From Mustelus asterias (Eukaryota), in NCBI RefSeq assembly GCF_964213995.1, contig NC_135827.1, positions 23,622,001-23,686,000 on the forward strand: 64,000 bases of DNA, in the 5' to 3' direction. This document shows, piece by piece, positions 13,045 to 24,771 of this stretch. The translations under genes and the position numbers were made by a program. Position 1 is the first letter of the stretch, and every line of letters starts with the position of its first letter. The notes under the pieces are model-generated. The model saw only the letters and a list, made by a program, of their open reading frames with translations. It did no database searches and was not told the DNA's origin.

Positions 13045-14335
13045 AATCCCACTGACTTCCAAAGCTACCTTGACTATAGCTCCTCCTCACACCCGCTTCC
13101 TATAAAGACGCCATTCCATTCTCCCAATTTCTCCTTTGTTGCATCTGTTCAATGATGCCATTGCAAAAACAGCACTTCTGACATGTCAGCCTTTTTCCTC
13201 AACTGAGGTTCCCACCCTCCCCCCAGCACATTATAGTTCACAGGGCACTCAACTATGTCCAACCAACCCATCTCCCGCAACTCTGCCTCATCCCTTCCCC
13301 TCCCTCTCTGAACCATGATAGTGTCCCTCTTGTCCGCATTTTTCACCCACCAGTCTCCGCATTCAAAGGTAACCTTCCAGCATTACCACCTACTCCAGCA
13401 TGATGCCACCATAAAAAAACACCTTTCTTTAACGCACCAACGCCCCCCCCCCCCCCCCCCCCCCCGCCCGCCCATCAGCATTCTGCAGGGGTCACTCCCT
13501 CTGTGACATCTTAGTCCACTCCTCCATTGCCCCAACCCTACATCCCATTCCACTGGCCCCTTCCCATGCAATCGCAAAAGATGCAACACCTTTACCTTCT
13601 CCCTTCTCATTGTACAAGGGCCCAAGCACTCTATTTAGGTGAAGCAGCATTTCACGTGCGACTCCTTCAATTTGATGTGCTGTATTCACTGCTCCCAGTG
13701 AGGCCTCTTCTGCACTGGGGAGACTAAAAGGAGGCCGGGTGACCACTTTATGGAACATCTTTGCTCACTCCGCAAGTATGACCCCAAACTTCCTGTCACT
13801 TGCCATTTCAACTCACCATCTTGCTGCCATACCCACATATCCATTCTTTGCCTGCTGCAATGCTCCAGTGAAGCCCAAACTGGGGAACAACACCTCATCT
13901 TCCGATTAGGCAAGTTCCAGCCTCCTGGACTCAACATTTGAGTTCGACTTTTAGACCGTGAACTTTCCCCTTGATCTTGACCTTTTTTGTTTTCTTTGCT
14001 TGCCGCATGGCAACTGACTGTTGTTTTCCTATTAACACATCGCACCTTTATGCCACTTCTATAGTCCTTCACACTGCCATTAACACTCTCTTTGTCTCGA
14101 ATCCATGACATCTTTGTCAATCTTATTTTAGCACCGACCTTCCCCTGACCTTCTATTCTGCTCCACCTCCTCCAAACCCACCCCACCCCCGCCACTCTAT
14201 AATCTACCCCATCTCTATCCCTCTCCAGCATTGAAGAAGAGTCATACGGTCTTGAAATGTTAACTGTTTCTTTCTCCACAGATGCTGCCAGACCTGCCAA
14301 ATTGATCCAAAATTCTGTTTTCATTTTAATATTGC
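13045..14335 (+). mobile_element. Degenerate Penelope-like retroelement (RT thumb, Cys-rich linker, GIY-YIG endonuclease, 3' end)
   Basis: Translates TDFQSYLDYSSSH...KDAIPFSQFL, then GPFPCNRKRCNT...HFTCDSFNLMCCIHCSQ*GLFCTGETKRR..DHFMEHL...PV..HFN...EQHLIFRLG..QP.GLNI, with stops. A degenerate hammerhead-like core lies at ~14230-14265. Confidence 0.9.
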
Positions 14336-14835
14336 ATCTGTCAATGTATATATCCTCTGTCCACAAGTCAGTTCCATAGCTGTCAGTAGGACTGAATAAG
14401 GCAACAGATGTATAAAGAGCATCAGATGTGATATTGTCTGCTTTGGCACCTACGTCGTCAAGTTTCAGCCCCTTTTTGTAACTTTGACATTGCCAGAAAA
14501 TAGTATATTTTTCTGGTAATTTTTTCAAATTGATGGGTATGGATAGAAAAGTGATCAAGAGACTTAATTGCCAGGAATAATGCACCTTGTTCAAACCTGG
14601 AATGTAGACATTTGGCATTATGATCCTAGACATAGAATCTATACATCCAAGGCAATAAATTGTATGTTCATATGGGCTGCATGTGAGAAATACATTTTGT
14701 CCTTGAAGCACAGTGTACATGTTCATGTGCCAGGATTGACACACGGTGTTTAGCCAGGTGAATAAATTACTTATACATGTTATGGACACACAAAGCCCTA
14801 GGCAAGTTGCACTAAAGCTGAATTCATTTCATATT

Positions 14836-15147
14836 TCATAGGTCATAGAATCATAGAATCCTACAGTGCAGAAGGAGACCATTCGGCCCATCAGGACTGC
14901 ACTGACCACAATCCTACCCAAGCCCTTTTCCCGTAATCCCACATATTTACCCTGCTAATCCCCTGACATTAGGGTCAATTTTTAGCAAGGCCAATCAACC
15001 CAACCCCACGCATCTTTGGACTGAGAGAGGAAACCAGAGCACCCGGAGGAAACCCATGCAGACACGGCACAAATGTGCAAACTCCACACAGACAGTTGCC
15101 GGAGGCTGGAATTGAATCCGGCTCCCTGGTGCTGTGAAGCAGCAGTG
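14836..15147 (-). mobile_element. HE1-type SINE
   Basis: Reverse complement of the 11069 family with a (catagaat)n tail; the head is slightly truncated. Confidence 0.9.
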
Positions 15148-15499
15148 GAATATTTTTCCCCTTAACATCTGCACCAAGAACATAGCTGTCTTCACTTATA
15201 CAGTAAAACAAATTGTCTGTTATCCAATAAACATTCCCTTGCAAATAGACTTGTCACTAAGCAAGACATAATAAGGATACATTATCTACTTCTGTGCCTT
15301 CAGCAGCTTGTATCAGGAAATTGGTCTATTCCTGAGAGTTTCTGGCCCTTAATTGTAATCAAAAGAAAAATCATGTGCTTTGGCTAGATAATTTCACAAA
15401 CCTGCTCGGGAAACTTATTTTGCAGAGAAGATGGGATGCATGTGTCGAGGACTACGTACTGAATATTGTACACTCGTTTATGTCCGGTCAAAATCTGTG

Positions 15500-16058
15500 T
15501 CTACATAAAGTGAGATAAATCCAATCAGTCAATTCCTGCTCCAGCAGTCTACTCTCAATGATCAGCAAAGTGACGGAAGATGTCATTAACACGATGATGA
15601 GGGAACACTTGGAGTTATAAAATGGTTACATTACAGAAAGTGACTATTCAGCCTATCATACCTTTGCTGGCCTTCTGAAAGAGCTAGTCATCTAGTGCGA
15701 CACCCCTGCCTTTTCCAATTAGCCCCGAAATTGCGCTGTAATAACTCATCAAGGTGCCGTTGGCAGTATCTTCCAAACCCGCGACCTCTGCCACCAAGAC
15801 GAGGGTAGCAGATGCATAAGAAGACTATCACCTCCAAGTTGCACACCAGTCTGATGTGGAAATGTACCTCTGCTCCTTCAATGTCACTGGGTCAAAATCC
15901 TTGAACTTCCTGTCTGGTGACGCTCTGGATGTAACTTCACCACATGGCGAGTGCAGTGGTTCAAGAAGTCAGCTCACCACCACCTTCTCAAAAGCAATTA
16001 CAGATGGGCAATGAATGCTGGGGAGCAATGTCTGCATTCCATGAGTGAAGTTAAAAAA
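15500..16058 (+). mobile_element. Degenerate pieces of the CR1-group LINE family (RT start ~15500-15612; 3' end ~15745-16058)
   Basis: agtctactctcaatgatcagcaaagtgacggaa (SLLS..SKV.E) and tail gcagtggttcaagaag..gctcaccaccaccttctcaa...gggcaatgaatgctgg. Confidence 0.7.
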
Positions 16059-16769
16059 GTCATGGGCCTGGTCATTTGAGTAGTTACTGTAAGTTTCAGG
16101 CGTAGCTTGGACCTTCCAGCTATTCACATCGGAGAACATCACAGAAGCAGCTCAAATTTAGAGTGATGTACCCGTAAATGTTCAATTACCTCTGGTGTAA
16201 AATGTTATTCTTGCCTTTCTAAAGTTCAGTATGTATTTTAAATATCATCCCTTGTCAAAGGCAGGAGGGAAAGGGAAGAAAGGCCAGAAAAGAAAATCAG
16301 TAGAAAATTTGATGTGAAAGTCTTGTCATGGAGCAATGTGGCATCTATGCTGGGCTGGCACAATGGCAGTGCTGCTTCATGAATTGTGTGCAAGAAGTGT
16401 AACCCTCTTTTGACAATCTTGGGTATAGTAATCAGAGGACAGTCATGTTCTTTCCTCCCAGGAAGCTGAGGGGCACGGTGTAGAGGGAGTGGAGTGGTGG
16501 TAGTAGTCAGTCTTCATTGTTTGTATACTGTATGGATGCTACTTGTGATGTGTAATAAATACAGTGCCCAGAAGATCATGCCTCCCGAGGCAATGGACAA
16601 GTCATCCCTTGTAAACAAGACCTCTGTTTGCAACAGCCGAGGTGTTGCATACTGCATCTACAGAAGGCTAATTATGTATTTAATTTTTACTCCATTCTTA
16701 AAGTTACAAAGCCAATGCTCAGCGTGGACCAGGCAAATCTAAATCTTGCTGGCTCCAAAAACCAAATTC

Positions 16770-16903
16770 AAAATCCAATTGAATCCAATTCATGGTCCCC
16801 ACAAGAGAGACAAACAAGATCCAAACTGACAAGATAAGGCATTACACCCCATCTTGGGCTTGTTCTGACGCTTGATCTTAGCCAAAAGGCTGAGAAGGCT
16901 GAT
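16770..16903 (-). mobile_element. Short element headed by a U2 snRNA 5' fragment, copy 1
   Basis: The reverse complement of 16871-16903 is ATCAGCCTTCTCAGCCTTTTGGCTAAGATCAAG, versus the U2 5' end ATCGCTTCTCGGCCTTTTGGCTAAGATCAAG. The following body is shared with 20795-20978. Confidence 0.75.
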
Positions 16904-17844
16904 TAATTGATTTGGCATGTGTCGCTGGTGGTTCTTTGGAAGGGTTTGGTAAACGGACAATAGCCTCCTGTTCACTGGAAGAGTCAACCTCCTGGTACAT
17001 GTTACTGTAACTATGTCATAGTCTCCTTCATGAAATGGAGGCACTGAAGATAGATTCCCTCAGAATTGCCAAAGAGGACCCTGCCTGGGCTAGAAATTTC
17101 AAATCCTATTTCATTATGTCATTACTGCTGATGTATTTAAGGTTACACTGCCTGCAGACCTGAGGGGCAAAACTAAACCTCTGCAGAATGATCTCGGCAT
17201 CCTTGAGCCCAAGATCTATTAGTAAGCCACGTCAAAATGGTGGAATGGCAAACTAGAGTAGCATGTGATGCAATAGCTTGGATGTGTTCCTACTGAAAAA
17301 CTGGTTGCCAACTTCTGAAAGATCAAACTAATTTTCCGTAAATTATTCAATTAAACGGAAGAGGAAAAATGTGCTTCTTGTATTAAGTGAACTTGCATTA
17401 TGCATTTTGGCAGCACACAAACCTACAAATACTTAAACCTGGCTTGTTCCCACAATGTTAGCAGAAATTGTGCTGTGCGTTTTGCTTTGGGACCGAGACT
17501 GCAATAACTGAATCTTGGCACCAGAGCGATAGCTGCCTTCTACTAAAGCTTTGTAGTCGTAATCTCTGAGGGACAACTAAATGCTTGGAAAGTTCACCAA
17601 CTTCCTATAAGATTTAGAAACTGGCACCAGGTAGCAGTTGCCTTTAAAACTTAACAAAACTAAGTGTTTTTTGTGATGTAAACTTTCTGCTGTCAGCCAC
17701 ACAGCTGAGGCTGTTCCTTTCTACCCACGGGCAGTCAAGTTAGCAGGATCTTTTCAAATGAGCTATCTGCAAAATAGTCATTCAATCCATATTGGTCCAT
17801 ACAAAGTGGCAGTGTGTAAATAAATTATGTTTACTGCAATATAA

Positions 17845-18135
17845 AATCCCTACAGCGAAGAAGGAGGCCATTTGGCCCATCGAGTCTGCAATGACCATAA
17901 TCCCACCCAGGCTCTATCACCGTCATCCCAGGTATTTACCCTGCCAATCTGCCTGACACTGAGGGGCAATTTACCATGGCCTATGCACCTAACCCGCACG
18001 TCATTTGGACTGTGGGAGGAAACCATGCAGACATGCAACGTGCAAACTCCACACACACTGAACGGAAGTCGGAATTGAACCTGGCTTCCTGGCGCTGTGA
18101 GAAACAGTACGAACCACTGTGCCACCATGCCGCCC
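17845..18135 (-). mobile_element. HE1-type SINE
   Basis: Reverse-complement head (accactgtgccaccatgccgccc) and tail (gaaggaggccatttggcccatcgagtctgca). Confidence 0.9.
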
Positions 18136-19079
18136 ATATATTTGAGCAATACTGCAAGAAAATACACTCCTTATTAAGGACACCTTTTTATGAAAGAGGG
18201 ATATTAAAAAATGGTGAGCAAGCTGGAGAATGAGAATTGTATGGAAAAATTACTTGAGATTTGAGGTCTAGTTTCTGCATTGCAAGCTTAAAACAACAAT
18301 AATTAAGACAATTTCAAGCAAAAAAACCTAAGCAGAACAGCATCCACAGCAGCAAAAGCTAATGTAATGAACAAAATACAACGTTAATATCAATGTTTGT
18401 TTGGAAAAAGAATAGCATGACTTTTTGCAGTCCAACCTAGTTCTAAGAATTCTGGCTTGTGAATTAGTTTAGATGGTCGAGGAGAGGTAATGACCGTTCA
18501 CCAGATGAACGTGGAAGTCGGCACAGACTCTTTAGTTATTGAAATGAGTCCCATGTTGCCCACTAACCCAGCCTCATTTACTGGGCTGCTGTCTTCATAA
18601 AAAATATCACCTACTGTGAATCTGGAGTGGGGGTGGTGGGCCTGCGTGTGGCAACTTTTGACCTCTGCTTGCCCCTCGTGAGACTGCTGTGCTACCAGTA
18701 AATCGTCTTGTGATCTGTGAAAGCCAGCCCTGAATTCACTGTAATGCCAGCCAGCAATTGAACCAGTGGCGTTTTCGCTGCTTTAAAAAGACTTTGGAAT
18801 TTTCAGCTCCCGCCAGTGGCCAGAATCGAGGTGGGTGTGGACACTAAATTTGGCATGATTGTAAAAGTCAGTTTCTCTCTGGCAGAAAATTAGTTTGGAA
18901 TTTTGTTCTCCTGACTTTGGAGTTTTAAAGACCAATCAAATTTCCTGTTGATCTATGTGGGGAAACAGAATTGCGTTCATTTGCACATCATGCATACTCA
19001 TTAAAAGGTCAATTCACCAAAATTATTTCTCCCCCCTCCCCGCAAAGAATTTAGATGCCCTAACACCTGAAGTCATTGT

Positions 19080-19370
19080 GGGCAGTACAGTGGCACAGTG
19101 GTTAGCACTGCTGCCTCACAATGCCAGGGACCCGAGTTCGATTCCTGGCTTGTGGAGTTTGCACGTTCTCCCCGCGTTTGTGTGGTTTTCCTCTGGTGGC
19201 TCCGGTTTCCTCCCACAGTCCGAAAGACGTGCTGGTTAGGTGCATTGGCCATGCTAAAATCTCCTTCAGTGTACCCGGGCAGGCGCCGGGATGTGGCAAC
19301 TAGGAGATTTTCACAGTAACGTTATTGCAGTGTTAATGTAAGCCTACTTATGACATTAATACTTAAACTT
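19080..19370 (+). mobile_element. HE1-headed SINE with alternative 3' tail (tail B)
   Basis: HE1 head and body, then gtacccg..caggcgccgg..tgtggc.actagg.gattttcacagtaac..attgcagtgttaatgtaagcctactt.tgaca. Confidence 0.88.
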
Positions 19371-19679
19371 AAGCTTAACAAGGGATAATTGAATGATCCG
19401 TTATGACTAAATAAGTGACCTAGTAATGGGTGCCAGCTCTGCTGGGAGGAAAGGCATGTGGAGGTGGACCATGATCGGGTCCACAGTTATGGGGAGAAGA
19501 ATGGTGATAATGGGTGGGTTTATGGTGATGAGGTGATGATGGCAAGTGACAGAGGGAAGGTAGATGGTGAAGTGAGTTTAAAAGGTGACGTGCACCATTT
19601 TTCCAAACTGACTTTGACCATGCAGTCAGTCAGTGAGATCCCCTGAGGTGGAAGGAGGGTCTTTTTGTGTGGGTGGAGT

Positions 19680-19921
19680 TCAAGAACCCGAGTTCAATTC
19701 CGGCCTTGGATGACTGTCCGTGTGGAGTTTGTACGTTCTCCCCGTGTCTGTGTGGGCTTCCTCCACAGTCCAAAGATGTGCAGATTTGGTGGATTAGCCG
19801 TGGTAAATACACAAGGTTCGGGCAGGGGACTGGGCTTGGGTAAGATGCTCTTTTGGAGAGTGAGCGCAGACTCAGTGGGCCGAATAGCTTCCTTCTGCAC
19901 TGGAGGGATTCTGTGATTCTA
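19680..19921 (+). mobile_element. HE1-type SINE, 5'-truncated and diverged
   Basis: B box gagttcaattcc, HE1 body and gggccgaatagcttccttctgcact tail. Confidence 0.8.
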
Positions 19922-19929
19922 AGGGCAGC

Positions 19930-21325
19930 ACAACCAGCTGACTAAAAGGACACCATAATATATGAGACAACTGGATGTCAAAGATGCTCAGTTGTGTTCT
20001 TCTCACTTGGTGAAGCCCATATTGCAGCAGGTTTGATCCTGACTTGTGGATCTCACATCAAGATCCCAGCAAGGTATGGAGCTGCTGTTCAGTTTATGCC
20101 ATTTACCATTGGCTGCAGTCAGAGGGAGGGAGGTGGATGCCTCCCAAGTGGCAGAGCTGGTGGAGGGCAGTCAATCTGTGACTCCGAACCTCCATCCTCC
20201 CGGGTGAATGGTCATGGCTAACTAGGGATCATGCGGTTAGTCTTTCTATGCTTCCAAGGTGTCTTTTGTAGAGTTTTGAGGGTAGTGGAGTGTAAAGATT
20301 CCCAGGATGTCTTTTACTTGGATGGGGGTGGGTGGGGATGTTATGTCTAGACAGAGGACAGCCAAAGGGCTTAGCATTAGCCTGCTGGCTTTGAGATGGA
20401 GGGAAACCTGTAAAGGACATGCTGACTTAATGTATCACTTCAATTTGTTCACACGTCCACTGATGTTGCAGGCAACCCTGTCTTGGTAATGGCTCCTCAT
20501 CCAGATGAGGAGAAGGTGGGCCCATTGCTTGTTGTCACAGGGCCAGGAGAAGCAAGAGCCTGAGCAGCAAGAGACAGTTTACCCTGTAAGGACATGAGGC
20601 TGGTGAACATTGATATCTGCAATTGCAAGCATTGGTTTGACCAGAGGTGCAGCGGCAGCCATTTTCCTATCTAGAGATGAGCAGAAGGCGCCCTATGAAG
20701 TTGCTCACACCTGTGAACTTCTCCAGTACAATTTTTGGCCACAAAGACTCTGCAGGAGATTTTTTGGTACCTTTCAGTACTTTAATTCTAATGAAAAAAA
20801 ATTTCAAATTAAGTCCAATCTTGGTCCCCACATGAGGGACAAACAAAATCCAAGCTGACAAGACATTGCATCCCATCTTGGGCTCGATCAAACAAGATCC
20901 AAGCTGACAGGATGAGGCATTGCACCCCCTCCCGGGCTTGATCTAACGGTTCATCTTGGCCAAAAGGCCCAGATGGCTTTGAAAACTTGCATCAGGTAAA
21001 GCCTCAGTTTAACCTCATTGGCTACCCTGATCCTTTCCTCTACCCTAGCTTAGACAACCAACGAGGGCAGGCATCAGCACACTCGGAGTGCAATGGGATA
21101 GCCTCATCCTGGGAGATCAACCTGCCTGATCATTGACTCTCCCTTGTGTGGAGCTCCTGGCTTTAAAAGTGGCACCATGACCTTCAGCCCTCTGAGGTAA
21201 CGTCGTAACGTGACTTCCTGCCTGCCCCAACACAAAGATCGTGCAAGTTCACCCACCCTATCATCCAGAAGGAATCAATCTGACCACCCTGCCGACCACT
21301 GGAGTCCACAATGGAAAATTTCATG
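19930..21325 (+). mobile_element. Possible highly decayed PIF/Harbinger-like element with transposase traces
   Basis: GC-richer block. Weak peptide traces QRQPFSYLEMS (~20650) and HQHTRS (~21080) recall HARBI1-like transposases; the block ends near tggaaaatttcatgc. Confidence 0.3.
20795..20978 (-). mobile_element. Short element headed by a U2 snRNA 5' fragment, copy 2, with an internal ~55 bp tandem duplication
   Basis: The reverse complement of 20950-20977 is GCCATCTGGGCCTTTTGGCCAAGATGAA (diverged U2 5' end). The body tccaatcttggtccccacatgagggacaaacaaaatccaagctgacaaga matches 16784-16834. Confidence 0.65.
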
Positions 21326-22069
21326 CTTCATGTTTTCAACTAGGTTCGTCTCTATCATGGCACCTTTTAATCTGCACTATAAGTTGCTCACTATATTAAA
21401 TGTTCTAAAAGTTGAATGTGTTATCTTTATTTCTGTTTATAAACTGTGTGTGAAAATAAATGATAAGTTATTAACACATTTAGTGCCTACCCAATGTTTC
21501 CCAAAATGCAGATTGCACTTCATGTGAAAACTTGGATTTTTAATTCCCATGTTAACGCATAACCGAGAGCATCTGTTCCACACACTTTGATGTTAAAAAA
21601 ACAATAAAGCTGAAGCCAAGCCTCAAGATACAGATAAAGAATTTTAAATAATTATCCAGGTCCAATTTCCACAAGGTAGCTTCCCATTTGTCTAACCCAG
21701 CATGAAAAACCACTCATTTTTCAACTGATTTGACAGAAGGTATTAATTAAAATAAATAGCTGAAAATTCACTCAAAAGGCCACATTACCTTGCAAATATT
21801 CAGGAGGTCCCGTGATCTAGGCATGCAATGAAGCCACATCTATGTTTCAGACACAGTGTGGGCATCTAAGCATCTGGTATGGCAGGTAATATAAAGTGGG
21901 CATTATGGGTGGATGCTCTGTCTGCCATCCGATGGGACGTACACTCAGAATGTGACAAAATTATACCATATGGCGCATTGTTAAAGGCAGAAAAGTAGGT
22001 GTACAGGGCCATTGGGAATGCCATTTACCAGGCCTTGAAATAAAGTTTGTTTCAGCAATTTTATTCTTC

Positions 22070-22640
22070 TCAAAAGCGAAAAACTACAGATGCTGGAAAT
22101 CTGAAATACATACAGAAGTGCTGTGAATGCTTAACAGGCAAATGTGGAAAGAGGAGCAAAGTTAAAAGTTTTTAAAGTATATTTATTAGTCACAAGTAAG
22201 GCTTACATTAACACTGCAATGAAGCTACCTTGAAATTCCCCTAGTCGCCACAGTCTGGCGCCTATTCGTGTCAATCCACCTTAACCAGCACGTCTTTCAG
22301 AATGTGGGAGGAAACCCACGCAGACACAGGGAGAACGTGCAAACTCCACACAGACAGTGACCCAAGCCGGGAATCAAACCCAGGTCCCTGGTGCTGTGAA
22401 GCAGCAATGCTAACCACTGTGCCATTGTGCCGTCCCTGGGCTGGATTGTAACATTGTGGCAGTGGGTGGGTTTTTGAATGGGTTAAAATTAGGCCTAATG
22501 TTTTGGGTTGGTGACCCTTCATCAGAACTGGAAAATGATCCCTTTTTGTTCTCCCCACCTCCCTTTCTTCTTGGCTCCACGCCTGTTGCGACTCCTTTTG
22601 ATCTCTAGTTCCTTCTATTTCTAATGAAATATTACTGACC
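22070..22640 (-). mobile_element. Degenerate PLE terminus interrupted by a SINE
   Basis: aaactacagatgctggaaatctgaaat...(SINE)...gtgacccttcatcagaact, the reverse complement of the CTGATGAAGGGTC core. Confidence 0.6.
22172..22436 (-). mobile_element. HE1-headed SINE, tail B
   Basis: ttattagtcacaagtaaggcttacattaacactgcaatgaag (reverse complement of tail B) through to the reverse-complement head taaccactgtgcca. Confidence 0.88.
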
Positions 22641-22649
22641 TAAAATAGT

Positions 22650-23140
22650 GGGGGCATTTTCCCACCTCACCGCGCCTGTTGCAGATTGCGCAGGTCTGGG
22701 AATATAGTGTTGAAACGGTTTGCAATTGCCCCAGCCTCTTTCTAATGGCGCAAACTGGATCGTGCGCAGAAAGGGCGTAATGCAGATTAGGATGAGATTT
22801 GTTTGGGTTTCAGTCACATTAGCAAGTTCGGCACGCAATCGGCCCCCCCTCCCAGAATGTTCCTAACTCTCCGGTGGGAAGTCACACCGGCACGCTACTG
22901 GGTCCAGTAGCAGAGACGCAATGTTTATGCCGGGGGATGGGGGGGGGCTCAGAGGCCATTACATTCCCCGAGTACCTGGGGGGCATGGCTGGGTGGTGGT
23001 TGGGGGCATGGCTGGGTGGTGCCCACCTGGCCCATTGGAAACCCTGGTGGTGGCCACCAGGCAGCCTGGTGGTACCAGCTGGACACCACCAGCGTGCCAG
23101 GGGCAGTGCCAATGGATTGGGGCATGATTGGGGGCCTTCC
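22650..23140. mobile_element. Non-autonomous Harbinger-like element, same family as 6484-7011, partial
   Basis: Starts ggggcattttccc; shares gtttgcaatt..cccag.ctctttctaatggc.caaac..gatc.tgc with 6580-6636. Confidence 0.6.
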
Positions 23141-23154
23141 CACATAGCGTTTCA

Positions 23155-23391
23155 ACACAAAGACAGAAAAGTGCTGGAAAATCTCAGCAGGTCTGACAGC
23201 ATCTCTGGAGAGACAGTAGAACCAACGTTTCGCGTCCAGATGACCCTTCGTCAGAGCTCTGATGAAGGATAATCTGGACTCGAAACATTGGGTCTATTCT
23301 CTCTCCACAGATGCTGTCAGACCTGCTGAGATTTTCCAGCCTTTTTCTGTTTTTGCTTCAGACTCCAGCATCCACAGTAATTTGCGTTTAT
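23155..23391 (+). mobile_element. Palindromic PLE-derived mini-element, family A, with hammerhead cores
   Basis: Inverted arms centred on cagagctctg (23252-23261); unique 3' tail; TSD-like ccacatag(cg/tt)tttca at 23140 and 23392. Confidence 0.88.
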
Positions 23392-24461
23392 CCACATAGT
23401 TTTTCATTGTGCATGTTGAATCTCAATAAAACAATGATAAATAAAAATGATTAAATTATTGATGTAGATAGAAATTGGCAGTAGATTAATTCCATTTTCA
23501 AAGATTAGCATTTAGATAACTTTTTACACTTGGAACAACATTTTGTATTGAGCTACAGTTGGACAAGATTGCTTTGCAATGAAGGTATTATTTTTTAAAA
23601 ATGGAACACTACATTGTGATTGGGTATGTTTACCAGATTTGACTGTAGCTTCCATAGCTTTTTTTTACATCTGAATAGAAAGCTTTTTAAAGTCACTTTT
23701 TATAAATTGAAGTGGGAAGTTTCAGTCCTTGTACACACCGGGTACAAGACAGATAAGTGGCTTTTCTTGTAGCAGCCCAGGCAGATAATTACCTGCCATT
23801 GCCAGTATGCTTATCTTAGTTTAATTAGTCCCTTTTGTTGTAGATGTATAGGAGCCTTTTTCATATAAATCAAAGTGCTCTTAATGCTTTTCTATGGCAG
23901 AGCTTGTACTGATTTGATAACCTGTAGATGGGAGTGTTTAATATTGACATAGATGAACTTTTTAATTTAGTGGGCAAATCCATCTGATAGTTTCACGCTG
24001 CTTGAGGTTTGCTAGCACGGAAGTTTGTGTAAAGGGAATCTTGTCTCTAATCTGTCTCCTGTCCATTTATCTCTGATACTGTAGACTCTACTGATTTGTA
24101 ACAGCTGAAACAACACTTAACTCTGAGAAGATAAACCAGTCCATATGGTGGGCAGCAGCATGACCAACATTCCAAGAGGATCAGAGTAGTAAATATTTAG
24201 AATGATACAGCCTGCACATTTGCAAATATATCGGGGTTGATTTTCTGAAGCCCCACTGGCATGTCGAGCTACACCAGGGTTGAGCATGAGCTTTGAGATT
24301 TTGCCCATCCCCAGCATATTGCTTTTCATAGGGAATAACGATATTAGGCATAAAGAGACTGTGCCGGCCCATAGCCACCTGATTATAAGAAGCAGCTAGC
24401 ATACATTGGCCTGACCCAAACATGGCGTGCTTTGAACAAGCTATGCCTCTGGTGCTGAAGC

Positions 24462-24771
24462 ACAGAATCCTTACAGTGCAGAAGGAGGCCATTCGGCCCA
24501 TTGAGTCTGCACCAACCGCAATTCCATCCAGGCCTTATTCCTGTAACCACATATATTTACCCTGCTAGTCCCCCTGACACTAGGGGCAATTTAGCATGTC
24601 CAATCAACCTAACCCGCACATCTTTGGACTGTGTGAGGAAACCTGAGCACATGGAGGAAACCCATGCAGACACGGAGAATGTGCAAACTCCACACAGACA
24701 GTGACCCGCGGCCGGAAATGAACCCAGGTCCCTGGTGCCATGAGGCAGCAGAGCTAACCACTGTGCCACCT
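24462..24771 (-). mobile_element. HE1-type SINE
   Basis: Reverse complement of the 11069 family, head and tail. Confidence 0.9.

Noticed and set aside
13686-14789. Longest ORF in the track (367 aa, minus strand)
   Set aside because: It runs antisense across the Penelope remnant and into unrelated flank, and shows no protein-like motifs; a chance open frame.
16871-16903. Functional U2 snRNA gene
   Set aside because: Only ~30 nt match; the branch-point recognition region, Sm site and 3' stems are absent.
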